Below, one piece after another: positions 1 through 14,108 of a stretch of DNA of 64,000 nucleotides (positions within the stretch are counted from its first letter, which is position 1; each line of letters begins with the position of its first letter). The DNA is from Camelus dromedarius (lineage: Eukaryota), in the NCBI RefSeq assembly GCF_036321535.1, contig NC_087437.1, positions 110,920,001 through 110,984,000 on the forward strand. The letters are read 5' to 3'. The notes below the pieces were generated by a model. That model did not search any database. It was not told the DNA's origin and saw only the letters and a list, made by a program, of their open reading frames with translations. The position numbers and the translations under genes are program-made.

Positions 1-510
1 GAAATTTCCTTTCAACAATTTTATTAACCAATAGGATTGAGGGGAAAAAGAAGACTTTTTTTAATCCAGGGCCTTGTGTGAATGTTTGTCTTAATGGGGG
101 GAAAAAAGGGAAAGAATTCTAAGGGACACAGAAAAGTTTGCTTTTCCTATTTTTTCCCAAAGAATTTGTATCTGCATTATTTTAAAGTCTCTTCCCACCA
201 TTGAAAACAAAACAAAACAAAACAAAAAGCACAAAAAACCTACACAGTGCACAGATGCCCATTATCTGATGCACCTTTTTTGTCATCCTTCCTGTTAACT
301 AAAAAAAGGCAGGTCATTCTCCCCCTCTTAGCATGACGTGGGGTCACTGTGAGGGCCCCTCTAACTCTACCTCATGTAAAATGATTAAGTAGTTTGATAG
401 CCATAAAAAATTCTTACAGATAGCCTAAAGTTTCAGGAAGATATCATACCCAGTAATGCAGAAATTCAAAATATCCAAGCATCACCCTTGGGTAAGGCAA
501 GGAATAAAAA

Positions 511-565
511 TTTTTTTTAATTGAAGTATAGTTATTTACCATGTTGTGCTAGTTTCTGGTGTACA
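511..565 (-). mobile_element. Short L1 3'-end fragment
   Basis: T-run followed by AATTGAAGTATAGTT...TTCTGGTGTACA, the same L1 3' terminus seen at 5069, 17083, 24175 and 28599. Confidence 0.7.
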
Positions 566-699
566 AAAGAAATTTTTGAAGGCCATCAGCAGGCCTAGAC
601 CGATCTTTAAAAATTAACAATATGTCAACAGTTGTCATCCCAAGAGCCACTTCTGGGTGCCGCCCTCCTTACCAACAGAATACTCACTGTTCAGGTGCA

Positions 700-1187
700 C
701 ATTCTCAAGGCCAAGTGGACTGGAGAACTGCCTCCCCCAACCCGCATTAGGCCTTACATGAACCAATCAGGGGCATTCTTGCCTGTGATTGGGTTACAGC
801 CAGCCATGTGACCCAGCACTAGCCAATAGAACAAGAGGAGACGTCACCTGGTGGCTCTGGGAAGAGTTTTCATTGCCTATGGGGGAAAAAAGGCAAGCTG
901 GAGGAAATGTCTGCCATTTTTTTTACCAAGTACTGTTGCACTTACTTACAATGTTCCAACTCCAGATGCCATCCTTGCCACTGTGTAGAAATCACCCCAG
1001 GATCAAGCAGATACACTGAGGATAGTGGAGCAAGAAAATGGGACCAAAGAACTCAATTCTGATGCCATCCATGAATTGTCAAATTAACCTTGGAACCATC
1101 AATGTAAGATACTATCCCTCATATTGTTTTAAGATACTTTTAGTTAGGTCTTTTGTTTCTAGCAATCAAAAACATCCTCACTGATAG
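700..1187 (+). mobile_element. Old MaLR LTR (MLT1J/K-like)
   Basis: Contains ccatgtgacccag...gccaatagaa and ends ...gtttctagcaatcaaaaacatcctcactgata, resembling old MLT1 3' ends; degenerate, subfamily uncertain. Confidence 0.55.
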
Positions 1188-1974
1188 AATCCTATACCAA
1201 GGTTCACTACTAAGTGTTTGAGATCCTACCAACTCCTTAATGCTGGAAGAGAATGTGTCAGATGGTAGGGACTAGATCCCCAGCAAGGCAGTGACAGGAC
1301 ACGTGACTAGAACCTTCATAATGTCTTCCTGTCAATTACCAATCTGTTTCCCAACTCTGCCTCCTCTGTGCCCTGATTGTAGCTAAATCCAAACAGAAGG
1401 TGAAGCAGCTGATACCCTTCAAGACACATTCAAGAGGTAGAAAATGGGTGCTCTGAGGCCACATGGGAAGCACAATGAAAGCGAGGATTTGAAAGATCTT
1501 ATACATTTCTCTCTTCAGCTTTAGCAATTCATAGACTACCAGCTGCTGAAAGTCTTCTCTGAATTTAGACTTTAAATAAACTGACTCATGAATCTATAAG
1601 ACTTGGAGAAAGGAAAAATTTCAGGGCAATTTTTTCAGGAATGGAGCTGAGTGAGAAGCACAAGCAGTAGATAATAGTACATAAATCATCTTCTTAAAGA
1701 TATGAATTTCACGTAAGGCTTTCTAGCCTCAGAAAATAGACATGTAACAAATGATAACACCATCTGACAAGACAGAAGACATCTCTTCTATATGCCTGTA
1801 GATTTATTCTTCAGGAACTAGCTTCCTGAGACTACTCAAGCATTTAAAATAATTAATATGTGTATATATGAAATGTTAAGTGAAAAAATATCCATGTGTC
1901 ACATTACATATATACCGATTCTAAAATAAGTGCACATGTGCTCAGTGAGAAGACAAGAATTAAATTTGGCTTTA

Positions 1975-2110
1975 GAGGAGGGGAGGGTATAGCTCAAGTG
2001 GCAGAGGGCATGCTTAACAGGCACAAGGTCCTCGGTCCAAACCCCAGTACCTCCTCCAAAAATAAATAAATAAATCTAATTAACCCCTCAGCCAAAAAAA
2101 AAAAAAAAAA
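1975..2110 (+). mobile_element. tRNA-derived SINE (camelid vic-1-like)
   Basis: A-box-like TAGCTCAAGTGG, degenerate B box, (AATA)n body, poly(A) tail; TSD-like aattaaatttggct (1958-1971) / aattgaatttggct (2109-2122). Confidence 0.85.
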
Positions 2111-3335
2111 TTGAATTTGGCTAGATAAAGATCCTTAAGGTGTGTTTAGATGAAGTTAGGTTTTTAATGAAGTCAATAGTTAATATGTATACATTTTTAA
2201 ACGAAGTTGTTTGGCAATGGATATATGCACACTCCCAGACAACCCCAGTATTTACAAGTGTAAATTTACCAAAACCGCTCAGTGACCTTCTTCCTTTCAT
2301 TAAGCTGAATCCTGCAAATATCTGAGCGCCAACTACATGCCAGGTGCAGTGCAGGTCTGTGGAAAATTCAACAGCCTTGAGTTCTTTCTGGAACAGGGGT
2401 AGTGACAGAGAGTGGGAAGGAGGGTGAATTTCAGCCTTTTGAAGAACTGTAATCTAATCAGAGGGACAGGGGTGTGAGAGAGCTAAATACGCAAACATCT
2501 AAGGCACACAACCAACCAATGATTTAAAAAAGACACGAAATAATAGAAGGCGTTAAAAGAGGAAGAGAGCTTGAGTTGAGAATTTCAAGAAAGGGGTCAA
2601 GAGAGAGCTGCTACTGGAAACGGCTCTTGACGGATGAAGAATTAGGTGGATTGGCATTTTCAGAGAGCTGGAACAGCTTAAGCAAAGGCAAAGAAACAGA
2701 AAACTGTAAGAATAATTCTGGGAATAGTGTTTAGTATCCATTTGGGCTGAAAGGCAGAGTATGTACAGGTAACCCATGAGTTAAACAAACAAACAACAAC
2801 CAAAAAAAAAGAAAACTAAACAGTGAGACCTGGTGAGACTTGATGCCAGTCTGAGGCACCTGCCTTGGCTGACAGGCGAGGGAAGGTTAAGTGAAGTGTG
2901 ATTTTGCAGTGACACACTGGAGCTGCGCTTTAGAAAAACGAATCCAGCAGCCGTGGGCGTGAAGGTCTGGAGCTGGAGAAGGGACAGTGGAGACCTTTGC
3001 ACCAGCTGGGGGCAGGAGCCCGGTGTATGGACCCAGGGCTGACAGCTCAGCTGGCACGGAGTGGCCAGCTCCACAAACACCTGTTAAACTGAATTACACT
3101 TCTTGTTCGAAGAGATTGGGCAGGTCTAATTTTTTCTGTACTTTTGACAGGCTCCTAATGCACACCGCAACTAAATAATAACGTAAAACGTCCCCAGGAC
3201 GCTCCTCCTGCCTCCATCTTCTGCTACAAGTGATCCAAGAAGGAGAGAGATGGGGCACATCTTTAAGAGGGACATTCCATCCTCCTGGTCCCAATAAAGG
3301 CTGCTCGTTGTCCCGGAGCAAAGACGAGGAAAGTA

Positions 3336-3543
3336 CTGCTGTCCCTCGATAGCCATGGCGGACTGGTCCTAGGAACCCCTACAGATACCAAAATCCACGG
3401 TGCTCAAGTCCTTTATGTATAATGGCGTAGTATCGTCAATCCTCCATATCCGCGCGATCCACATCCGTTGCAGCTCAAAGTGGTTCAATCAGCGGGTGCA
3501 GAACCCACAGATACGGAGCCCGCAGAGAGGGAGGGCTGACCAG
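3336..3543 (+). mobile_element. Tigger-type MITE (MER2/MER8-like)
   Basis: Starts after TA; contains gataccaaaatccacggtgctcaagtcctttat...aatggcgtagtat and ends gagggctgaccag, matching recalled MER2/MER8 motifs. Confidence 0.65.
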
Positions 3544-4009
3544 CAAAAACCACCAGAAAGGCCAGAGCGGGGAAGGGCTACAGGTCCAAGAAAGAACATC
3601 TCCTAGGCTCAGTATGAAATGACATGCTTTACCCCCCTACTCTCCTACAACAGAGAAGTTACAGCATGTTGGTCCCCAAATTAACAAGAACACTTACCCA
3701 CACAATCAACATAAAATCAGACTTGGAGAAAAGAGCAGTTAAACGTGATTAAAGGTTCTCTGCTTATGTAAGAGGGTGTCTGTGTTCTTAGAGACGACAC
3801 ACTGAAGTACTTTCAAAGCAAAGGGACACGATGTTTCCAATGCACTCTACTCGCATACGGATCAGGAAAAACAGGTGTGTGTGTGTGTATATACAGAGAG
3901 ATAGATATATAGATAAATGTGAACAGACTATCCATATACATGGACAAATGTATATATACTTTTCCATCTATATATGGATAAATGTGTGGATGTATATTTA
4001 TACACATGG

Positions 4010-4510
4010 TGAGAGAATTATAAAAGCAAATGGGGCAAAATGCAGATAACTGGGCTATTTGGGTAAAAGGTATAATGAAAGCTTATATGATTTTTGCAAC
4101 TTTTCTGTAAGTTTGAAATAATATCAAAACAAATAGCTGCAAGAAGGCAGAAGCTATGTATTGATAAGATCTTTAAAATCCAGTGTTAAACGAGGGGAAA
4201 AAAGATGCAGAATGGGAAGTATGGAGTGTTACCATTTGTGTAAAAGGCAGCAAGGAAAAGGGGAAAAAAGATATATAGCTACATAGGCATATATTGATAG
4301 TTATACACACATAGATATGTAGTAATTTCTGTGTAATATATCTGTAATGACACATAAGAACCTGGAAACATTAGTAGCTTGTCTGTAGAGGAATAGGGTA
4401 GTTGGGGGACAGAGATGGAAGAGAAACTTTTTATTATAAACTCGTATATTTTTAATTTTGAACTACGTGAATATATTACCTATTCAAATATATACATAAA
4501 CAAAAGAAAA
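4010..4510 (+). mobile_element. Ancient L1M (L1ME-like) 3' fragments
   Basis: Motifs such as tttttgcaacttttctgtaagtttgaaata and ttttgaactacgtgaatatattacctattcaaa are typical of old L1M 3' UTRs. Confidence 0.5.
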
Positions 4511-5068
4511 TTACCTTGAAAACAATGTTTAAGGAAAATGATGGTGCAAGGGTCTGCTTTGGGGTAGCTCAGCCCAAAGAAACACAGAAAACAGAATTAA
4601 AGCCACCTGGCAGGGTGCTGTCCAGATGTGACCCCACGGGCCGCTGTGCTTGGAGAGCTGCCTGTTTAGAAAGGGCGCGATCCAGACAAGCAGAGCTGGG
4701 GGCTTGGAAAGTATGTGCTATCAAGTTTCAACCTAAATTGGATAGAAATTTCCCCTAAAATAAACTGTGTAATCTACTTACAACAGACCATTCCCCATAG
4801 CCCTGTTCTCCACGTTGGTGTGATGTGATTCTAAGATTTAATCATCTGGCACACAGTCCATCTGCCCTGCGTCTGACCAGGACAGCCTGTGAAGCCCTGG
4901 TGAACAGCTCTGGGGGCTGGTGGAAACCCACCCCTCAACAGCGCAGACCCAAATATAAACAAAGTCCAACTGCCCTCAGCAGCAGCTGCCCGCCCTTGGA
5001 GATCATGCCTTCAAGCCAATTCAGTGGTTGTGTCACTGAAGGAAAGCCAGTCTTGAATCTACACAATT

Positions 5069-5625
5069 TTTTTTAATTGAAATATAGTTGATTTACAATG
5101 CTGTGTTAATTTCTGGTGTACAGCATAGTGATTCAGTTGTACACATAAACGTGTGTGTGGATATTCCTTTTCATATTCTTTTTCATTATAGGCTATTACA
5201 AGGTACTGAATATAGTTCCCTGTGCTATATGGTAGGACCTTGTTTATCTGTTTTATTTATAGTAGTATTTATCTGCAAATCTCAAACTCCCAATTTATCC
5301 CTCCCTACCCTCTTCCCTTGCTCCCCCCGTAATCATAAGTTTGTTTTCTACGTCTGAGTCTGTTTTTGTTTTGTAAATAACTTCATTTGTCTCATTTTTT
5401 AGATTCCACATGTAAGTGATATCATATGGTATTTTTCTTTCTCTTTCTAGCTTACTTCACTTAGTATGACAATCTCCAGGTCCATCCATATTGCTGCAAA
5501 TAGCATTATGTTTTCTTTTTTATGGTTGAGTAATATTCCAGTGTATTTCTACACCACATCTTCTTTATCCACTCATCATTCAATGGATATTTAGGTTGCT
5601 TCCATGTCTTGGCTATTGTAAATGA
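5069..5625 (-). mobile_element. L1 3' fragment
   Basis: Poly(T), then L1 3' UTR, then the ORF2 end (ttaggttgcttccatgtcttggctattgtaaat). Confidence 0.9.
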
Positions 5626-6329
5626 TTATGCAACATTTTTAAGAGTTTCTGAGATGATCATACAGGATTTCAGTGAAGGGCAATTCAGAATAGGGAAATG
5701 GACCTTCTTACCTGTCTAGACTCACCCTCTGTTAAACTTCATGGGGACTGAGCAAGTTCTCAGACAACAACAGGAAGATAAGAAGATACCAGCTCTGAGG
5801 AAGCCAGAGAGAGTAGGGAGCATCTCTGTAGGTGGGATAGGGTATTTGGGGGACAGAGCTCATCTGGCTTTCTGGCTGTCAGAACACCAGGCAGAGGACC
5901 CCAAGACACCTTTCTCTCCCTTAAGGAAACCCATAGCTGCTCTAAGGGCCAAGATCTTGGCTCCATTACTCAGTCTCTAGTGCTTTGGGGGAGTAGTTGG
6001 GTGGCCACACCTGTGTGTGTGTTTGTGTCTAAAACTGTCACATAACTGTAATCAGAAATTTAATTGACATTTGCATTTGAATAGGGGTAGGGGGATAGTA
6101 AGAAAGCAGAGTATAAGTTGAGTGAAAAAGCATCTTTCTCTCCCAGGACGTAAAGGTAACAGACTAAGGAACTCTCAGACTAGTGGAGGAAGATGAACAT
6201 CAATTACAAATAACAAAAGATGCACTCTTCCCTTCTGCCCCGAGTGCTACTCCAGTGTCCTAAGAAGGTGCGTCCATGTGTGGGTGACGTACGTTAACAG
6301 ACAGGCAGCGGCAGAGAAGAAAGGGCACA

Positions 6330-6530
6330 GTACACGGAAAGAGCATCTTGCTGTCAGAAACCTGGATTCCAGCCCAGCTCTCCCTGCCGGGCTCTAAGTG
6401 ATCGGGCCAGTGACTGATCTTCTGAGAGTTTCCTCATCTACAAAATGGAAAAAACACCACCTACCTTCAGAGCTGCCCTCACAAAGCAGCAGGTGAAACC
6501 GAAGTACCTAGCACAGCGCCTGCCATGTAA
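6330..6530 (+). mobile_element. MIR SINE
   Basis: Core agtttcctcatctacaaaatgg and tail cctagcacagcgcctg. Confidence 0.65.
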
Positions 6531-6596
6531 CGGACCCTCGGCCAGCAAAGCCCTCCTGCTTCATCTGCTGACATCACACTCAGCACATAAAGCCTC

Positions 6597-6861
6597 GGTT
6601 ATGGGTTGAACGTGCCAAAAATGTACGTTGGAGGCAGAGGCTGGAGTGGCGCGCCTACGACCCAAGAACACCCAGGATTGCTGGCAACCACCGAAAGCTG
6701 GGAAGAGGCATGGAACAGACTTTCCCACAGAATCTCCAGAGGGAACCAACCCCACTGACACCTCGACTTTGGAATTCTAGCCTCCAGACTGCGAGAATAA
6801 ATGTTGCTTTAAGCCATCTGGTTTTGGTACTTTGTTGCGGCGGCCCTGGAGAACTAACACA
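6597..6861 (+). mobile_element. MaLR LTR (MLT1B/C-like), internally deleted
   Basis: 5' ttatgggttgaac joined directly to gaggcagaggctggagtg...; 3' end gagaataaatgttgctttaagcc...aactaacaca. Confidence 0.75.
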
Positions 6862-7270
6862 TCCTCCTTCCACTCCCTCTTGTAATGAAAACTGAAATTC
6901 CTGACTCGCCTGAGGATGTAGGACACTTTTACAAATATAAGTAATAAATAACATCCCAGGAAAGGTGAGCTCCAGTAATAAGCCTTTGCAGAAGACGGAG
7001 AAACGTGAGAAATACACAGGTATCTCTCAGGTTTTTTTCTCTTTTGCCTCCTTTTCCTCCCTGCCCTCTTCCTGCTGGAAGCAGCCACCATGCGCATTCT
7101 TCATTCTTCCCAGAAGGAGGAAGACACAGCTAAAGAAAGATCTTCTAATATAGTCCCGAAGGTCAGGACCACAAACCCCACCATGGCAGAGACAGGCTCA
7201 CACCCCACACACAGTCTGCTTCCCCTGGAGACCCTGAAACATGCCCCCTCCGTAAGAGTGCTGGCCATTT

Positions 7271-7473
7271 ACTATGGAAAACAGTATGGAGGTTTCTCAA
7301 AAAACTAAAAATAGATCCAGCAATTCCACTCCTGGGTATGTATCTGAAAAAAACAAAAACACCGATTCGAAAAGATACAAGTTCCCCAATGTTCATAGCA
7401 GCATTATTTATAATTGTAAAAATATGGAAGCAACCTAAGTGTCCATCAACAGATGAATGGATAAAGAAGATTC

Positions 7474-7532
<59 letters not shown>

Positions 7533-7970
7533 AGAGAGAGAGTAGAATAATACTCAGCCATAAAAAATGAAATTTTGCCATTTGCAGCAACATGGATGGC
7601 CTTGGAGGGCATTATGCTAAGTGCAATAAGTCAGACAGAGAAAGACAAATACTCTATGATATCACGTATATGTGATATCTAAAAAATACAACAAACTTGT
7701 GAATATAACAAAAAAGAAGCAGACTCACAGATACAGAGAACAAACTAGTGGTTACCAGTGGGGAAAGGGAAGGGGGAGGGGGAAGGATAGGGGGAGGGGG
7801 TTAAGAGGTACAGACTATTAGGTATAAAATGAGCTACAAGGATACATTGCACACAGGGAATACAGCCAGTATTTTTAATAACTTTAAATGGAGTATAAAC
7901 TTTGATAACTGCAAATATCACACACCTGTAATTTATATAATATTATACATCAACTGTACTTTAAAAAAAA
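7271..7970 (+). mobile_element. L1 3' fragment with ORF2 C-terminal remnant
   Basis: ORF 7338-7550 contains [28 protein letters not shown] (L1 ORF2p C-terminus); 3' UTR ends in an A-run. Confidence 0.9.
7477..7542. repeat. (TG)n followed by (AG)n microsatellite inside L1
   Basis: Uninterrupted TG run of about 52 nt followed by AG repeats. Confidence 0.95.
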
Positions 7971-8201
7971 GCTTGGTGGCTACTTCTTGTTGGGGGTCGG
8001 GAGGGTGCCCTGATCTTTTTTAATACAATCTGCTAGCAGCTGAGCACAGGTCAATCAGGATGAAAAGAGTCAAATCGAAATAGAAAATCACTTTCGAGGT
8101 GACTCTGTAGCTAGAAGGAATGGAAATGAAACCCGGGTCTGACTTTACCCAGCCAAAGTCGCCCGAACCCAGACCTTTCTTTGGTCTTCCATCTCTACCT
8201 G

Positions 8202-8557
8202 CGCTATGGTCTGAATGTTTCTGTCCCCTCAAAATTCATACGTTGAAATCCTCCTAATGCCTAAGATGATGGTATTGAGAGGTGAGGTCTTGGGAAGGTG
8301 CTTAGGTCACAAGGGTGGAGCTCTCATGAATGGGATTAGTGCCCTTGTAAGAGAGACCCCACAGAGCCCCCTCAGCCCTTCCACCAGGAAAGAACACAGC
8401 AAGACACTGGCAGCCTCCAACCCAGAAGAGGGCCCTCACCAGCACCGCACCATGCCAGCCCCTAAACTTGGACTTCCAGCTTCCAAATACATTTCTGTTG
8501 TTTTGAAGCCACCCAGTCTCTGGTGTTTCGTCAGAGCAGTCCAAATGGACTAAGACA
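8202..8557 (+). mobile_element. Solo MaLR LTR (MLT1A-like), full length
   Basis: gctatggtctgaatgttt...ggactaagaca with a 5-bp TSD ACCTG at 8197-8201 and 8558-8562. Confidence 0.9.
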
Positions 8558-11500
8558 ACCTGTTTTTCCATCAACACAAAGAGCATTCTCACTGGAATCC
8601 ACAAAATCCATTAAGTGGTTTGAACCAGTAACAAAAAAGCCACTTGTTTGGATAGGTGTGCCCTGGTTATCAGCTATCTGATAAAATTCAACTGGAGTAA
8701 GACTCACTAAGAGTGGGCACAGCTTCGACCACTGTTTTTATTCCCCTCTCTTCCCCATTCCACCAGATTTTCTAGCTTTCACCTAGCTGTATTGAGAGCT
8801 CATGGGAAATTTCCAGTGTCAAGGAATGTAATTGCGGAATTAATGACTCCATAGTGCTGGTTCTAATAAGGTCACCAAACCAGTCCACCAGGTGACATGT
8901 CTTAAGAGAACAGTAAAGGGAGAAATACCAGACAGACACTCCGGGACCTACTATCACTGCCAGGAAGCAATAAAAAGGCACTGATTTCTTCCTCTGCCAC
9001 CATCACCACCACCACCCATCCGGGGCAGCACCGAGCACTAGGGCAGAAGACAGAATTAGGGATAGGATTCCATCTGGAGGAAAGAGGAAAACTGTGACAC
9101 TGAGATAATGGATCAGGTGAGAGGAGCTTCTGCTCAATTCAAGAAGCTGTCTTAAGATGGTTTTTGCCTACATCATCTGTCTTTGGTTTCCTGGTTCACC
9201 CTGGAGTGCACCCTCTAATGCATTTCAAAGTTTCTCTTAACACTCGGATCTTAATTATTCAAGGATTTCTAATCCAGGTGGCGGAAATCTCCAGCTTTGG
9301 CTGCCTGCCATTTTTCTATTCAGGAGCCTCTCCTGTTGAGGGAGAGCAAAGGAAGTTTAAGGAAAGGCAATCAGTCAAGCGAGGAATCCTCACATTCGAA
9401 CCTCTTCGCTGAGTTAGGATGCTGAATTTGCCTTGGCAAGAAACAATTGAAAAATGGGACAGGGAAAATTGTAGAAGAGGAAAAGGAAGATCTCAGAGAG
9501 GAAAGTCCAGGAATCTTACAGTCACAACTGTTCATTGCTAGAGATCATCTGGGTGCTCGACCTGTTTTATAGACAAGAAAACTGGCACTGAGAATGACCC
9601 CAAATCACAAAAATTGTTCCTGTTAATGGACTGACCAGGCCTTCTGCCCCCACAGGGCACTCCGTACACTGTTCCACCCACAACGATGAACACCTGTAAG
9701 GCAGGAGACCTGCTCACAACTCAGGACCAAACTCCTGCAAGTTGAGTCTTCAAAAGACAAAATGAACATCGCAAAAGGCTTTGCTAGCGGTGGTCCACTC
9801 AGAGTACAAGAGTTGGGTCCTAATCAAATGCATTCCGGGAGGGAAACAATGAAATCAATTACACGGCAAAGTCTACCACTCAGCTTTCAAAGATGGGGCA
9901 GACCAACTCCCACCACCCCACCCCACAGAGAGGCAGCCCCTGTTCCCAGTGCTCACACCACAAGGGCCTGCCCTCACCCCCATCGTCTGCACCACCTGCT
10001 CTGAGTGCGGGTGGTGTGAATACACCCTCTGGATGAGCAACTCCACACACCACCCTGGAGGGACCCAGACTCCGCGCAAGAAACCAAGATTCACTGAGCA
10101 TGAAGCCAACGTGAAAGGGTGACTCAAGGGTCTCTCTGTGTAAGAACTTCTAGCTTAGTCCTTTCTGTATTATTTGAATCTCATGTACATGCCTCTTCTT
10201 TGTCCCCCGCCCCGAGTTTCTAGAAGGCCATTTTTCCATCTCAGTCACCTCACAGCTGAGGACATGACCACTACAGACCAGGACATTCTAGCAAAGGTGG
10301 CGCACAACTTTGGAGAGATCTTACTCCAGCCCACTCCATGGAAGAACTTATTGCCAAATTGCTAGAGAGCTGATGTCTTCTCAACTATCAAATGGGAGGG
10401 CGAACTATGGCCCCTGCCAACTTTACAGTTCTCAGGATGACTCAGTACACTAAGTACTGCAGGTGTTCCAATGGAAGAGTTGGGATCAGCCCATCCACTT
10501 TCCCAGAGCAGATCTCGAATGCTTACCCGGTATCCCTTGCAAATGGATAAAAGATTCACCATCTCTCCTCTTGACCTGTGCCCAATCCAACAGCAAACAA
10601 GAGCCTGAATCTTCCAAAGGAAGTGTGACCCTTTTCCAAGCAACGTATGAGCACGCTGATGGTTGATCTGCTGTCTGTCTTGACTTGCTAGGGGAGTTAC
10701 AGGTTCTCACTTGCCTACAATTGCACTATGGGGCAACCCAGAACTACAGGAACAACAGCCCTGCTGGGGAAACTGATCAGCCTGAGATTAGCCACATTTG
10801 CTGGCAAAGGAGCAGATTGATTTAATCTTCATGGACACGCAAAGGCACATCCAGAAGAGTGGGTATGTCAGCGGAGAGCAAAGAATCCACTCCTTTGGGG
10901 TAACTCACTCTCCTTATACTTTCCAGGGATGGGTTACCACTTTATCAAAAAGAAGGTGGCTCTGATGATGCGAGTTCCCTACTGGAGGCCACCCTGAGAG
11001 CAAACCCCATCCCTCCAAGCTCCCAAATGCTGGCTTAAGAAATGGAAGTAATATGTACAGCTAGGATCGAGAGCCTCTCTCTGCTAGTTTTGAGAAGACT
11101 GCAACATGTAAGCTTCCAGAGCTGGGAAACCTCCTACTTCCCTGTTAGCTCAAAGCAGTGGACCTAAGGCTAGTTCTGCATGTGTGGGTCTCCGGGTGCA
11201 GAAAAAGGCTGCTGGGAGGTTCTGCGGTGGAGGGGAAACGCGGGAGCCCCGTTGGGCTTTCCTAGGCTCAGCTCCGGAGTCATCCTTTCAGATGTTAAAT
11301 TAGCCTGCATTTTTCACAGGACACCACACTTGCTAATAACTGCCCTTTAGTCCATAAAGGAAACTTGTAGAGGAACTAATTCTTCTCCCCAGAAGCTAAG
11401 AACTTGACTACTGTGTCTGCTCAGCACTAGAGATATGACTTCCCTGACACAGAGAGACAGGAACCATCACTCAAATGAGCGAGTACCTTCGAAAAAATTG

Positions 11501-11624
11501 TATTAGTCCCTGACAGGCCGGTACTGGAGATCTCAGAAGTACCAAAAATAAAAAAGATATTGTCCCTACCATGAAGGGACCTAGGACACAGAAGGACTGC
11601 ATTTGCCTAGAGCAGTATCCACAG

Positions 11625-11830
11625 TGCGTACATAGCTCAGAACAAACCAGGTTCAAACACAACTAGACCACTGACTAGCTGGGTGACCTCAAGGCCAAGC
11701 AAGCTACTTAACCACTCAGTTTCCTTGTCCATAAAACAGAGATCATGAATCTACCTCAGTGTTGACATAAGGATTTGATGATCTAAGTCATGCAAAAAAG
11801 CTTAGCTATACACACAATTTACTATGAGTA
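11625..11830 (+). mobile_element. MIR SINE
   Basis: actagctgggtgacct...cttaaccactcagtttccttgtccataaaa core. Confidence 0.6.
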
Positions 11831-12297
11831 GCATGAATAATTAGAAGCCAAGAAGACCAAATATAAATGTTAAAAGAAAGATAAGGGGCCAAGGAAATTT
11901 TAAAACTAGGAGACCTGGCAACTGGATAGAAGCAGAGAGGTTGAGAGAAAAAAAAAAATACATGTGTTCTTTTTAAACCAAATTAACGGGTGCCATTAAA
12001 AAGACTGGGAATTCTTGACTGGAAGATAATTCCTGCAAACTGGGACCCTCTGGAGCCAGCAGGATTGGGAGAGTCCCCACCGAGGACAGACACTGCAGAG
12101 AACCGTGGAGGGAAAAAAATCAGTGCATCAGCGTTACCTGGTCAGATGCTAAAAACCTCTGAAGTCTTTTGAGCTGGAAAGATCTTCCCAGGTTACTATC
12201 CCCACTCCCTTTCAAAGCTGATGCCCACAACAGGCAATGACTGATTTGTTCAAGATCCCACAGCTAGCTGGAGACAGAGCTCAGATTACTGCCCTAG

Positions 12298-12339
12298 GCA
12301 CTGGTAACCACTCAGATGCACTGGTAACCACTCAGATGC
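12298..12339. repeat. Perfect 20-bp tandem duplication
   Basis: GCACTGGTAACCACTCAGAT x2 (12298-12317, 12318-12337). Confidence 0.95.
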
Positions 12340-12549
12340 TTTCCCCTCTCCCCTCCCCAGGCTGCCTCCCCTTTCACCTCTCCCCTCCTTTCCTCTGTAA
12401 CACTCTCCAAACCCACTCACTCTCTTTCACACACATAGCACATGCACAGAAATGTGGGTTTGGTTTTTTGTTTTGGGGGTTTTTTGGGGCTTTTTTTTTT
12501 TTGCATCCTTCCATATCACTTGGTCTCGGGGAGGAGGGTGGAACTACAC

Positions 12550-13105
12550 AGAATATAACATTTATCATCTTAACCAATTTTAAGTGCAGAGCTCAGAGAT
12601 ATTAAGTACATTCACATTGCTGTGCAACCATCACCCCATCCATCTCCAGAACTCTTTCCTTTTTGTAAAACTGAAACTCTGTCCCCATTAAACAAGAGCT
12701 CCCCATTCTCCTCTCCTCCCAGCCCCTGGCCACCACCACTCAACTTTCTATGTCTGTGAATGTGAGTATTCTGGGTACCACATATAAGTGGGATCATACA
12801 GAATTCCTCTTTGTAATTGAATTATCTCACTTAATGTAATGTCTTCAAGGTTCATCCATGTGTCAGAATTTTCTTCCTTTTTTAAAGTTAAATAATATTC
12901 CATTGCATATATATGCCACATTTCATTTATCCATTCATCCATCAATGTTAACTTGAGTTGCTTCTACTTTTTTGGCCATTGTGAATGATGCTGCAATGAA
13001 CATGGGTGTACAAATACCTCTTCAAGTCCCTGCTTTCAATACTTTTGGATATATATCAGAAGTGGAATTGCTGGATCATATGGTAATCCTATTTTTAATT
13101 TTGGG
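12550..13105 (-). mobile_element. L1MB-like 3' fragment
   Basis: attaagtacattcacattgctgtgcaaccatcacc...agaagtggaattgctggatcatatgg; minus-strand ORF resembles the L1 ORF2 end (DEWINEMWHIYAMEYY). Confidence 0.85.
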
Positions 13106-13643
13106 GGGAGGCACGTGTATCTCTTTAAAATTACTTCACACTTCTCCCTAACCATAATTAATAGAAAAGCAAGTTTTCTTTTTCATTTGACTAATATTTA
13201 AAAACACTAGCTATATGCTCAGCCTCGGGCTAGGTACCAGGGGCACAATCAATTATGAGCTAAAGTCATGATCCCCCGTCTTGTTGGGGTTTGCAGTTTA
13301 GTGAGACAGAGAGACAGGAATCGGATCACAGGCAAATATCTGTTTGTCTCCATGGTGAGTGCTCTGCAGGATTGAAGGAGAGTGTGCACCTCCCTGGAAA
13401 GGCACAGAAATGTCCAGATAGAAGTGTGCTGTCATCAGAGGCTGACAAAGAAAATAATGACTAAAAAGATTTATCAGGGGAGGGCAGAAGGGAACACTTA
13501 ATAAAAAGAATGACTCTGAGCTCAAATAAGAGGGAAAGAAACAGAAAGACAATAATAAAATTGATGCCGGCAGCAGTGCCTGTAACATTAATCATACTAC
13601 AGGAAGGCATTTTAGAGTGGCAACGCAATGGCATGGCGGGGGG

Positions 13644-14108
13644 TGTTGTAGGCCCAACTGTGTCCGTCAAATAGGCCCCCCAGATATGCTGAAGTCCTAA
13701 CCCCAGTAACCTGGGAATGTGACTTTATTTGGAAATTGGGGTTTTGTGGATGATTGAATTAAGATAAGGTCACACTGGATTAGGGTGGGCCCTATTCCAA
13801 TGGCTCATATCTTTACAAGCAGAGGGAAATTTGGGGACAGAGACAGACCCAAAGAAAGGGCATGTGAAAAAGGAGGCAGAGTCTGGAACAATGCAGCTGC
13901 AAGCAGAGGAAATCTAAGAATTGCTGAGAGCCACCAGGAGCTAGGAAGAAGCAAGGAAGGAGTCTTCCTTAGGGCCTTCAGAAGAGAGGACTCTGCCAAC
14001 ATCTTGATTTCAGACTCCTAGCCTCCTGAACTATGAGAATAAATCTGTAAGCTGTTTAAGCCACCCAGCTTGGAGGACTTTGTTACTGAAGCCCAGGAAA
14101 CTAACACA
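13644..14108 (+). mobile_element. MaLR LTR (MLT1C-like)
   Basis: tgttgtagg...gaagtcctaacccc...gagaataaa...ggaaactaacaca. Confidence 0.85.
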